A stretch of 64,000 nt of DNA from Lentisphaerota bacterium (lineage in GTDB: Bacteria > Verrucomicrobiota > Kiritimatiellia > RFP12 > UBA1067): positions 13,137 through 77,136 of the forward strand of contig SUWC01000006.1 of assembly GCA_015061665.1 (NCBI GenBank), given 5' to 3'. Position numbers and translations under genes: made by a program. Within the stretch, counting starts at the first letter, position 1. Each line of letters opens with the position of its first letter. Below the pieces are notes generated by a model. The model had not been told where the DNA came from, searched no databases, and saw nothing but the letters and a program-made list of their open reading frames with translations. Positions 36,195-44,825 of the stretch are shown here, piece after piece.

Positions 36195-37787
36195 ATGCAC
36201 CAACTCTGGCCTTCGCTCGCGTACATCGCGCTTCTTGCGTACCTTCCCGTCGCGTATGCGGCGCAGAAGGGCGCGGCCGGAGGAAGGTGGCGCAACCTGA
36301 CCTTCGCAAGGGCCGTCTCAAAGGACTTCCTTCGGACGTTCCCGATGGTCGCGCTGATGTGGATTCCCATTTTCCTTTTCCCCGCTGCGGCACGTTGGTA
36401 CACGCTTGGCGTCCATGCAGTCTTTGCCCCTCTTGCAATTTTCGAGCTTGTCCACATCAAGTACTTCGGCGCACGTGTTGGAGTCAACACATTCTATTCG
36501 ATTTTCGTCACCAACGCGCGCGAAGTCGGTGACTACATTCGCCAGTCGGTTACGGTTCTGAACATCGTTTCGCTCGTGGCGATATATGTTCTGCCTGGCG
36601 TTGCGATCGGCGTGTTCATGCCGAACGGGGCCATTGAGCCCGCCTGGCTTAGATGGACTCTCGCCGCGGCCGCCTTTTTTGCCTTTCTGCCTTTCCCTCG
36701 CAACCTGACAAAGAAAGGCTCGCGCTTCAAGATCGGATATGTCCTCAATCCATATTCGAACCTTGTCTACCATTGGTTTGTCTTCAAGCGCAGCTACGGA
36801 GAACTCAAGCGCAACATCGCCGCGCATTCCGCGCCGCCGTTTGCGAAGATCGCATCGTCCGTCTCCCCCGAAGAGAAGGAAACATACGTGATCTGCATCG
36901 GGGAAAGCGCAAGCGCGCTTCACCATTCGTACTGTGGATACGCACGCAACACGAACGAGTTTACCGACGCGTTTGGAGATTCGATCCGCAGGCTCCCCGG
37001 CGTCCGCTCGCAGTTCGCGCAGACGCTTCCGTCTCTTGAAAAGGTCCTTACCTTTGCCGACTGCGCCAACCCCGACAGGCTCTGGACGCAAGGTTCGATG
37101 ATTGACTATTTCAAGGAAGCGGGGTTCAAGACTTTCTGGCTTTCCAACCAGTATGCGCTGGACGACACGGCGATAACGGCGATGGCCGGTCACGCGGACG
37201 AGATGAAGTGCTTCAACTTCGGCGACATGAAGCGGTTCGAGCGCACTGGGCTCGACGGCGACATGCTGCCCGAAATCGAAAAGGCGTTGGCTTCGCCCGA
37301 GAGGAAGAAGGCCATCTTCATCCACATGATCGGCTCCCACGCAGCCTACGTCAACCGCTATCCCGCGGAGTTCCGCCACTTTGATGGGGCCGCACCAGGG
37401 AAAGAGCATCTTTCGGCCATCAAGAACCAGATGATAAACACTTACGACGATTCCATACGCTATACGGACTATGTCGTCTCGCGCTTCATCAAGGCCCTCG
37501 ATTCCGTCGGCGGCATGTCTTTCCTCCTCTATTTCTCAGACCACGGCGAAGACATATACGACACGCGCGAGGACAAGCCGCTTGGTCATTCCCAGCTGGC
37601 GAATCTTCCGATGACTGCCGTTCCTTTCATGTTCTGGACGAGCGAGCGCTACCGCGAGCTGCGGCCAGACGTCGCCAAGCGCCAGGCGAAGGAATCGTAT
37701 CGTCTCGAGGACGCGATTCACACCGTCATCGACCTCGCGTCGCTCTCAAACCCCGACTTCGTCAAGTCGAAGAGCATACTGTCCTAG
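36195..37787 (+). CDS. phosphoethanolamine transferase (EptA/sulfatase-like membrane enzyme)
   Basis: N-terminal TM bundle, then a sulfatase-type domain YVICIGESASALHHSYCGYARNTNEF, IHMIGSHAAY, YFSDHGE. Confidence 0.75.
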   Translation: MHQLWPSLAYIALLAYLPVAYAAQKGAAGGRWRNLTFARAVSKDFLRTFPMVALMWIPIFLFPAAARWYTLGVHAVFAPLAIFELVHIKYFGARVGVNTFYSIFVTNAREVGDYIRQSVTVLNIVSLVAIYVLPGVAIGVFMPNGAIEPAWLRWTLAAAAFFAFLPFPRNLTKKGSRFKIGYVLNPYSNLVYHWFVFKRSYGELKRNIAAHSAPPFAKIASSVSPEEKETYVICIGESASALHHSYCGYARNTNEFTDAFGDSIRRLPGVRSQFAQTLPSLEKVLTFADCANPDRLWTQGSMIDYFKEAGFKTFWLSNQYALDDTAITAMAGHADEMKCFNFGDMKRFERTGLDGDMLPEIEKALASPERKKAIFIHMIGSHAAYVNRYPAEFRHFDGAAPGKEHLSAIKNQMINTYDDSIRYTDYVVSRFIKALDSVGGMSFLLYFSDHGEDIYDTREDKPLGHSQLANLPMTAVPFMFWTSERYRELRPDVAKRQAKESYRLEDAIHTVIDLASLSNPDFVKSKSILS

Positions 37788-39049
37788 CGTTGGAGGGCCA
37801 GGGCCTTTTCAACGGCCTTGAGTCCGTTCTCGGCGTATGATTCGTCGCTGGGGAGTTTTTCCGCCGACTTGATCTTGTACTCCTCGAATGAGTGAAGTCG
37901 CTTTATGATGTTTCCGTTTCCAGTCGAGAGCTGTTTGAGTCCGTTGTTGTAGTCGTCGGCAAGTTTCGCCATCGCCTTGCCTAGCTTTTCGTAGGTGCAA
38001 AGGAAAGTCTCGACCTTGTCGCAGAGAGCCTCGCAGGCCTCGCGTATCTTTTCGGCCTTCTTGTCGCTCTCCTGTCGGGCCCAAGTGGCGGAGACGAGGT
38101 GAAGGGTAGGCAACAGACTCGTCGCGTTGACGAAGATGATGTTTGCGTTGCGCGCGTATTCGCGCAGGAGTATCCTCTCGCCGCATACCTTTACCTCCTC
38201 CTTCATGGCGATCAGATAGACCTCCTCGAAGGGAATGTACATAAACGCGTAGTCGAAGGCCTGCTTGATGTTCTTCTGGTAGGCGGCGGACTTCATTTCG
38301 TCGACGTGGTTCTTCAGCGACTCAACGATTTTCCTCTTGGCGTCTTCGTGCTTAGATTCGTCTCCGCTGGCGTAGTCCACGTATGCGTCCATCGTGTTCT
38401 TCGAGTCGATGACGAAGTATTTGTCCCTGGAAATCTTGACGAGTACGTCTGTCCTCAAATCGCGGCGTAGCGACTCCGCGCTTGCGAATGTCTCCTGGTA
38501 CGTGTAGTCGACTCCTTCGACAAGTCCGGCGAGGTCGAGGACCCTTCGCAGCTGAATCTCTCCCCATGCGCCCGTAACCTGCGCCTCGCCTCGTATCGCA
38601 TTAGCAAGCTCGTTTGCCTGCGCCGAGACTGTATTCGTCGTCTCGGCCAGCATCTTGATCTTCTCCTCCATCTTACCGCTCTGCTTCAGCGCGGCGTCGT
38701 TGATCAGCTCCATCTTTTCGCGGAAGGCCTTGATGTCCCTGAGAAGGGGGGCTATCGCCGCGTTGAGGTGTTCCGTTCCTTCCCTCTTGAGACGTTCGCT
38801 GCGATCCTCGAATATTTTCTGCGACAGGGCGCGGAACCTGTTTTCGGTCTCTGCGAGCATCGAGTCGAAGTAGTGTTCCTGACGCTTGAGCATGGCTTCT
38901 CGTTCTTCGGCGAGACCGCTCCTTATGCGGGATTCAATTTCGGCGTCTGACGGACCCTGCGGCGCCCTCTTGCGGCTCATCAGGGCTATCACGAGTCCGA
39001 TGCATGTTGCTGTCAGTATTCCGAGAATGATATAACACGCGATTTCCAT
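37784..39049 (-). CDS. rmuC: DNA recombination protein RmuC
   Basis: N-terminal TM anchor, long coiled-coil, then the C-terminal nuclease-like region FVIDSKNTMDAY and FMYIPFEEVY typical of RmuC. Confidence 0.8.
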   Translation of the reverse strand: MEIACYIILGILTATCIGLVIALMSRKRAPQGPSDAEIESRIRSGLAEEREAMLKRQEHYFDSMLAETENRFRALSQKIFEDRSERLKREGTEHLNAAIAPLLRDIKAFREKMELINDAALKQSGKMEEKIKMLAETTNTVSAQANELANAIRGEAQVTGAWGEIQLRRVLDLAGLVEGVDYTYQETFASAESLRRDLRTDVLVKISRDKYFVIDSKNTMDAYVDYASGDESKHEDAKRKIVESLKNHVDEMKSAAYQKNIKQAFDYAFMYIPFEEVYLIAMKEEVKVCGERILLREYARNANIIFVNATSLLPTLHLVSATWARQESDKKAEKIREACEALCDKVETFLCTYEKLGKAMAKLADDYNNGLKQLSTGNGNIIKRLHSFEEYKIKSAEKLPSDESYAENGLKAVEKALALQR

Positions 39050-39055
39050 CTCAGC

Positions 39056-39718
39056 CTACCTGTCTATGAACACACATTCTACGCGAAGTTCACGCTTCAT
39101 TTCCCGCATGAGCGCCTTGACGCCGTACGTCTCTGTTTCATAGTGGCCGCGGAGCGTCATTTTCATTCCGACGTTTTCCGCTGCGATCGTCTCGCCCCAG
39201 TCGGCTTCCCCGGTGATGAACTCGTCGCAGCGAAGTTCCTTTGCCTCTGGCGCAAAGCACGCGGCGCCGCCGGAGCACACGCCGATTTTACGTCCCTTGG
39301 CATCGAAACCGATCACTCCGATGACGTTGCCGTGGTAGTTGAAAGCCTTCGATATGCGCCGGAGCCCGAGTTCTCGCGCGATCTCCCAGTTGTTGCCGCA
39401 TTTCCTGGATGCGTCGAGCGGCAGGTGAGCAGCGTAAAGTGCGAGATCGCCATCTATCGCAGCCTTTACGACGTTGTACGCCCCGCCTGTAATCGTCTTG
39501 ATTCCGCCGCCCCAGCTGATGCCGTGATGGACGACGAGAAGCTGTGCGCCGGCGTCAACGGCCTTCTGAATGCTTGCGAGCGACCCGTCGACCGCGAATG
39601 CCACCTTGCGGACGCTTCCGCCGCTGCGAGCGATCTGGATTCCGTTGTTCGACACATCGTCGAACCTGTCCAGCTCCAGTGTCTTGTCAAGCCAGCAAAC
39701 GATCTTTTCGAGTTTCAT
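39056..39718 (-). CDS. Nif3-family dinuclear metal-centre protein (GTP cyclohydrolase 1 type 2 homologue), short form
   Basis: DDVSNNGIQIA, LVVHHGISWGG, ITGEADW, RGHYETE. Confidence 0.7.
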   Translation of the reverse strand: MKLEKIVCWLDKTLELDRFDDVSNNGIQIARSGGSVRKVAFAVDGSLASIQKAVDAGAQLLVVHHGISWGGGIKTITGGAYNVVKAAIDGDLALYAAHLPLDASRKCGNNWEIARELGLRRISKAFNYHGNVIGVIGFDAKGRKIGVCSGGAACFAPEAKELRCDEFITGEADWGETIAAENVGMKMTLRGHYETETYGVKALMREMKRELRVECVFIDR

Positions 39719-39751
39719 TAATGGATTCCTTTTTTGGCGCGTTGTGCAGGC

Positions 39752-40798
39752 CTACGCCATGCGTCGCGCCGCTGCCATTGAAAGCGTGACGGAGAGGAAT
39801 ACGAGAATCGCGCCCGCGACGAGAAAACCTGCGAAGTGCTCGTCCCATCTGTTCCATGCGTCCGCCTCGAGTTTTGTCGTCTCGAGCTTGTCGATTTCGT
39901 CGAGTGCCTTTTCGAGTGAATCCCTGTCGTTGACCGGGAAGTACATTCCACCCGTCTTTGAGGCAATCGACTTGAGCTGCCTCTCGTCGAAGGTCATGTC
40001 GGTATACTGGATGACACGGCGCCCGAAGATGTCCGTTGCGTAGAACGGCGTTCGCTTGGACTTCGTTCCGACTCCAATCGCATACACCTTGACGCCGAGC
40101 TTGGCTGCGGCGTCCGCAGCGTCCTCTGGCTCAACCGCGCCGACATTGGACACGCCGTCGGAGAGAAGAATCACGACCTTAGAAGTCGGCTTTGCGTCCT
40201 TTAGGCGCGCGATTGCCGTGGCGAGTCCGTCGCCTATCGCAGTCATCTGCTCATCTCGGGCTATGGGGCGTCCCTGCTCGTCGAAGACGGTCTGCGGAAT
40301 CTCCACGCCCTTGAGGACGTTGAGGAGCGCCTCGTGGTCGGCCGTCAGCGGAGAGCGCGTCGCAGCGTAGCCAGCGAAAGTGACGAGCCCGATCAAGTCG
40401 TCGGGGCGCTTTTCTACGAAGTTCGCGAAGAGCTTCTTGACGACAGCTAGGCGCGTAGTGTCCTTTGAGAACTTCTCGCCGAGCGGCGTGAGGTCCAGCG
40501 CATCCATAGAGCCAGATACGTCTACCGTCATAGCAATCGCAATTGCGTCCACGCTTCGGGACTCGTGCGCAATCGGCGAGCGAGGCCGCGCGGCTGCGAC
40601 GACTGCGAGGGCAAGTCCCGCCAGGAGGATGAAGGGCGAGAGCGACGCGAGAAGGGCTCGCAGACCTCCGTTCTTCCTGGGAAGGCGGGAGACGGCGGAG
40701 AACCTTATGCCGGCGCGGCGGCTCCTCCTGAAAAGGCGCCATGCGGCGAATGCAAGCGGAACCAGCAGAAGGAATGAAAGGGGAGTTGCGAAGTTCAT
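39752..40798 (-). CDS. VWA-domain membrane protein, BatA-like
   Basis: Typical BatA N-terminus FATPLSFLLLVPLAFAAWRLFRRSRR, MIDAS motif DVSGSM, C-terminal TM anchor. Confidence 0.8.
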   Translation of the reverse strand: MNFATPLSFLLLVPLAFAAWRLFRRSRRAGIRFSAVSRLPRKNGGLRALLASLSPFILLAGLALAVVAAARPRSPIAHESRSVDAIAIAMTVDVSGSMDALDLTPLGEKFSKDTTRLAVVKKLFANFVEKRPDDLIGLVTFAGYAATRSPLTADHEALLNVLKGVEIPQTVFDEQGRPIARDEQMTAIGDGLATAIARLKDAKPTSKVVILLSDGVSNVGAVEPEDAADAAAKLGVKVYAIGVGTKSKRTPFYATDIFGRRVIQYTDMTFDERQLKSIASKTGGMYFPVNDRDSLEKALDEIDKLETTKLEADAWNRWDEHFAGFLVAGAILVFLSVTLSMAAARRMA

Positions 40799-41682
40799 GC
40801 GTTCGCTCCTTTCGACGTCGCGTCGTCGTCGCGAAGATACGTGCGCGCAGCCCCTGTCGCCTCGTCCGCCATCTCGGGCGTGGCCTCGATGCCGGCGAAC
40901 TTTACCATGTCGGCGGACTCCAGGAAGCGAGCGAGTGATTCGGACTGAGCGCGCGCTCCGAGTCCGAGTTCGCCCAGGCGTTTGAGGAACTCCTCGGTCG
41001 TCATGTGAGGCGCCTTGATGCCGTAGCGGCGCTGGACGTATCTCCTCACAACCATTGTCAGCTCGACGTAGAAGTCCTTGTACCTTCCCCGCCCGGGGAG
41101 ACCTTTCTTCAGCAGGCGGTCAAGCTCCACCCAGGCGCGTTCGATGGGGCTCATCATGTGTTCGTGTATGCGGCGTGAAACGTATTTGACGAGCACAACG
41201 ACTAAGAACACCGCAAGGGCCGCAAGAGCGAGAATTCCTAGCGCGACGCCTGCGAGCTTCCAGCTGAGGGGCGGAAGGTCCTTGCGGGGATTTATCTCCA
41301 TTCCACCAGTGACGGGTTCGCGGGGATCTGGCGGTTCAAACTCGATTGGCCCGGCGACGAAGAACTCGCCGACGGAAAAGGGCGCTATCCTGTAGCGCTC
41401 TGCGTATGGCTCGGGTACAAGCTTCCACGTCACGACCTGGCGGACGCGTCCATCCTTCATTGTCTCAGGCTCCGAAGCAAAGTCCTCGGCCAGGGAGAAG
41501 CCGCGCACGCGGTCGCGCAAATCGGGCGGCGCGGCGGAAATGCCGCGGTCGGTGGTGAGCGTCAGTTCGAGGTTGATGTTGCGCGCCGGATCGACCTTCT
41601 GTGCGTCGCAGTCGATTGACAATTCAACTCCGCCCTTGGCGATCGAGAGAACCGTCGCCGCAAGAACAATGAAACTGTGCAT
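40795..41682 (-). CDS. hypothetical membrane protein, BatD/DUF4381-like
   Basis: Signal-like N-terminus, central TM (LAGVALGILALAALAVFLVVVLV), and a C-terminal region (FYVELTMVVRRYVQRRYG...TTEEFL...ADMVKFAG) resembling DUF4381 proteins of Bat operons. Start/stop overlap (ATGA) with the BatA-like gene. Confidence 0.5.
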   Translation of the reverse strand: MHSFIVLAATVLSIAKGGVELSIDCDAQKVDPARNINLELTLTTDRGISAAPPDLRDRVRGFSLAEDFASEPETMKDGRVRQVVTWKLVPEPYAERYRIAPFSVGEFFVAGPIEFEPPDPREPVTGGMEINPRKDLPPLSWKLAGVALGILALAALAVFLVVVLVKYVSRRIHEHMMSPIERAWVELDRLLKKGLPGRGRYKDFYVELTMVVRRYVQRRYGIKAPHMTTEEFLKRLGELGLGARAQSESLARFLESADMVKFAGIEATPEMADEATGAARTYLRDDDATSKGANA

Positions 41683-41703
41683 TATGATCCTATGGCCTTC
41701 CTG

Positions 41704-42561
41704 TTATTTCTTCGCTGCCTTGTGTGCCTTCTGCGCTGCGGCGAACTCCTTTGCCGCGGCCGTGACTTCGGGTATCTGTTCCTTGTATTCCGCACCTTCC
41801 TCGGGGAATGTCACCATGTACGCCTTGATGGCGGCGAGCGCCTTTGGAGGGTTCTTCTTCTTTAGATATTCGATTTCGTCCTTTACGTCTGTCTTGGCGG
41901 ACTTGATGGCATCGAGTATTTCCTTCGCCTCTTCGGCCATGGCCTTTGCCATGGGGCTTGCCGACTTGGATTCAGCCTTCTTGATGTCGGCTTCGAGCTT
42001 CTTCAGGTGGTTCTTGATGTTCTTTCCGAGGACGAGCTGTTTTTCCAATGCCTTGTATTTCGCGAGGACTACGTCGCCGAGGATGGACGGCGGAGCGTCG
42101 ATTGCGGCAAGCGCATTGACAACAGCTTCGGTCGCGGCGCGCTCGTCGCGTCCAAAGAATACGACTTTGCCGCGATGGTTGACGACGTAGAGAAAAGGTA
42201 TGGCGTTGAAGCTCGGTTCGCCTTGGGCCAGTCCGAAGTTCTGGTACATTGGATATGAGAGCTTGTTCTCCTTGACGAGTTCGGCAACGCGGTCGACGGA
42301 ACGTGCCTGGCAATGGCTTCCGACAAGAACGAATGGTTTGTGCTTGAAACTTTGCCAAATCTGCTCAATGCGGGGCAATAGCGCACGGCAAGGCGGACAG
42401 TTGACGCCCCAGCAATCGACAAGGACTACCTTTCCTTCCAAATAGTTTTCCGTGAGCTTGGGACCCGAATAGTGGTTTGATTCGTCTAGACCTCTCCATG
42501 TTTCGGCCAGGCCGGTTATGCAGGATGCGCAGAGTGCAGCTGCTAGAAAGCTTTTATTCAT
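41704..42561 (-). CDS. secreted thioredoxin-fold (TlpA/redoxin-like) protein with CPPC active site and helical C-terminal domain
   Basis: Start at ATG 42561 (MNKSFLAAALCASC signal). VVLVDCWGVNCPPCR is a thiol-disulfide oxidoreductase motif. 285 aa. Confidence 0.75.
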   Translation of the reverse strand: MNKSFLAAALCASCITGLAETWRGLDESNHYSGPKLTENYLEGKVVLVDCWGVNCPPCRALLPRIEQIWQSFKHKPFVLVGSHCQARSVDRVAELVKENKLSYPMYQNFGLAQGEPSFNAIPFLYVVNHRGKVVFFGRDERAATEAVVNALAAIDAPPSILGDVVLAKYKALEKQLVLGKNIKNHLKKLEADIKKAESKSASPMAKAMAEEAKEILDAIKSAKTDVKDEIEYLKKKNPPKALAAIKAYMVTFPEEGAEYKEQIPEVTAAAKEFAAAQKAHKAAKK

Positions 42562-42581
42562 TGTCTTCTCCACTTTTCTTT

Positions 42582-43439
42582 TTACTTTGAAAGTGTTGCG
42601 GATGCCCATTTCAGTTCGGCGAGGGCGTTCTTCGCCTCCTGGACGACGTTTGGATCGCGGCATTGCTTTAGCGGCTCGTACTTTTCTATCAGAATTTCAA
42701 TCTTGTCCTTCGTCACCTTCTGGGACGCAGCCGAGTTGGGGTCACGATCCTTGACCAACTTTGCCGCCGCGACCAGCTTCGAAAGCTTCTTTATTTCGGG
42801 TCGATTTTCGAGCTTCTCCATGACTTCGCCGTAGGCCTCCTTCGCCTCGGCCGGATGCTGAGCCTCGAAGTCCTTGAGCCTCAGGTACGCGCGCCCCGGG
42901 ATGTTCTTTGTCTCCCAGTCGAGGAAGTGCTTCCACTCCTTGACGCTGCGCGGCGCCGCCATGTTCATCAGCGACGAACCGACAACGCCCATGGCCGCTC
43001 GGTCATCCGTTCCGAAGTAGGCGACCTTGCCCGTTTCGTCAAGGACGTAGATAAACGAATTCAGCTCTTCGTCGACCTTGCGTCCTTTTTCGACGGACGC
43101 CACCCCGAAGTCGCGGTATACCGGGAATGTAAGGCCCATCTTCTCCATCAACTTTCCTATCTTGCCGTCGGCGGTTTGGCCGCGGTGGGAGCCGACTAGG
43201 ATGAAGGGCTTGGACTTGTAGGCGGACCAGATGGACTGAAGGCGGGGAAGGACGTCTTTGTTCGCCTTCGAGCCGTAGTCACGGCAGTCGACCATTACGA
43301 CCTTGCCGCGCAGGTATCCAGAAGAAATCATACGTCCACCGATGCGATTGTCGTCGCTGGTGCCATGCCATTCTATCTCGCCCGCAGCCAAAGCAACGGG
43401 AAACGACAGCAGAATGCCCAATAGAGTAATAGTTCTCAT
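42582..43439 (-). CDS. secreted thioredoxin-fold paralogue lacking the CxxC motif
   Basis: 285 aa, collinear with the downstream paralogue (KVVMVDCRDYGSKANKDVLPRLQSIWSAYKSKPFILVGSH versus KVVLVDCWGVNCPPCRALLPRIEQIWQSFKHKPFVLVGSH). Signal peptide MRTITLLGILLSFPVALAA. Confidence 0.7.
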   Translation of the reverse strand: MRTITLLGILLSFPVALAAGEIEWHGTSDDNRIGGRMISSGYLRGKVVMVDCRDYGSKANKDVLPRLQSIWSAYKSKPFILVGSHRGQTADGKIGKLMEKMGLTFPVYRDFGVASVEKGRKVDEELNSFIYVLDETGKVAYFGTDDRAAMGVVGSSLMNMAAPRSVKEWKHFLDWETKNIPGRAYLRLKDFEAQHPAEAKEAYGEVMEKLENRPEIKKLSKLVAAAKLVKDRDPNSAASQKVTKDKIEILIEKYEPLKQCRDPNVVQEAKNALAELKWASATLSK

Positions 43440-43446
43440 TACTAAT

Positions 43447-43458
43447 ATTGTATCAAAA
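43447..43458 (-). promoter_or_regulatory. extended -10 promoter motif TTTTGATACAAT (minus strand), 7 nt from ATG 43439
   Basis: Reverse complement of attgtatcaaaa. The spacing TACAAT-ATTAGTA-ATG implies a leaderless transcript. Confidence 0.55.
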
Positions 43459-43481
43459 GCCGCATGAAAAGGGCAACTGGC

Positions 43482-44198
43482 TTAGGACTGAAGGATGGAG
43501 GCGATTCGTCGCGTGGCGTCCACTGCGGCGCGGTGTCCGTCAGGGCCGACAGGGTGCAGCGTCCCGCGCCAGTCGAGTGAAATCCTGATCGTGTGTTCGC
43601 CCATGTCGTGCCAGGGCTGTCCCTTCGCCAGGACAACCGGTTCGTATGCTATGCGAAACGCTTCGATGTCTGACCTGGACGCGAGAGCGAGCCTCGCCGC
43701 GCCGCGGTGGAACTTGTCCCCGCCGCGTGTGCCCTGCGGGAAGACGACGACGTTGATGCCGGATTCAAGGAATCGCACACCTTCCCTTATCGCTGCGTCC
43801 GCGCCGAGGTCGTTCGAGATGAAAAGCTTCTTCACGACGGCGGCGAGGAAGGGGTTGCGCTTTGTCGCAGACTTCGCGATGCAGACGGAGTCCGGAAGAT
43901 GCGCCAGGATGATGCAGATGTCAATCAGAGATACGTGGTTCATCACGACGACGCGTCCGCGGATGGTCGCCAGACGCTCCCTTGTCGCTTGCGGCATTGA
44001 GACGGCGTAGAGTCCTGTCAGCCGAGCCGAGAGGACGAACGCCCTGTAGAATATCCGCACGACAGCGCGCCCGACCTTCGGCGGAACGAGCGGCGTCGGA
44101 AGGACGAGCGCGAAGGGGAGAGCGAAGAGTCCGTAGAGGACGAAGAACGCGCCGGAGAGCGCGGCGCGCGCGATGCGGACGGTTCTGCTCGGCATCAT
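43482..44198 (-). CDS. lysophospholipid (1-acyl-sn-glycerol-3-phosphate) acyltransferase family protein
   Basis: NHVSLID (HX4D motif), VVFPQGTRG. Start at ATG 44198 overlaps the ruvA stop (ATGA). The longer ORF to 44429 lies inside ruvA. Confidence 0.75.
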   Translation of the reverse strand: MMPSRTVRIARAALSGAFFVLYGLFALPFALVLPTPLVPPKVGRAVVRIFYRAFVLSARLTGLYAVSMPQATRERLATIRGRVVVMNHVSLIDICIILAHLPDSVCIAKSATKRNPFLAAVVKKLFISNDLGADAAIREGVRFLESGINVVVFPQGTRGGDKFHRGAARLALASRSDIEAFRIAYEPVVLAKGQPWHDMGEHTIRISLDWRGTLHPVGPDGHRAAVDATRRIASILQS

Positions 44199-44800
44199 TT
44201 CCTTCCAGCTGCGAGCGCGAGTCGGATTACGGTTTCCGCATCCGACGCCTCGGGGTGTTCCTGCACGACCGAGGAGACCATCTTGTTCGCGACCTCGTCG
44301 CTGAATCCGAGCGCGGTAAGCGCAAGGATCGCGTCCTGCAGCACGGGCGCGGCAGATTTGCCGCGCTCGTCGCGCGAAGTCGCGGCAAGTGCCTCGATGG
44401 CGTTGATCTTGTCCTTCAGCTCGACGCAAATCTTCTCTGCCGTCTTCTTGCCGACGCCCTTGATGGAGGCGAGACGCTTGTGGTTGGAGCTGGAGATAGC
44501 AAGCGAGAGCTCGCCTATCGAGCCGCCGGACAGAATCGCGAGGGCGATCTTCGGTCCGACGCCCGAAACCGCTGTGAGCTTTGCGAACAGTTCGCGTTCT
44601 GCGGGCGTCGCGAATCCGTACAGTACCTCGTCGTCCTCGCGCACGGAGTGGTACGCGAGGAGCTTCGTTTCGTCGCCCGTATGTGGCAGGCGGTCGAACG
44701 TCGATATCGGGATGAGCAGTTCATATCCGATGCCCGCGGCCTCCACGACCGCGCGCATCGGAGCTTTCTCCACAAGTGTCCCTCGGATGTATGCTATCAT
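44195..44800 (-). CDS. ruvA: Holliday junction branch migration complex subunit RuvA
   Basis: MIAYIRGTL...GIGYELLIP, HhH motifs LTAVSGVGPKIAL and LASIKGVGKKTAEKI, C-terminal domain ALTALGF. Confidence 0.9.
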   Translation of the reverse strand: MIAYIRGTLVEKAPMRAVVEAAGIGYELLIPISTFDRLPHTGDETKLLAYHSVREDDEVLYGFATPAERELFAKLTAVSGVGPKIALAILSGGSIGELSLAISSSNHKRLASIKGVGKKTAEKICVELKDKINAIEALAATSRDERGKSAAPVLQDAILALTALGFSDEVANKMVSSVVQEHPEASDAETVIRLALAAGRK

Positions 44801-44825
44801 TTCAGCAGGTGGCTCCTTCCATTGT

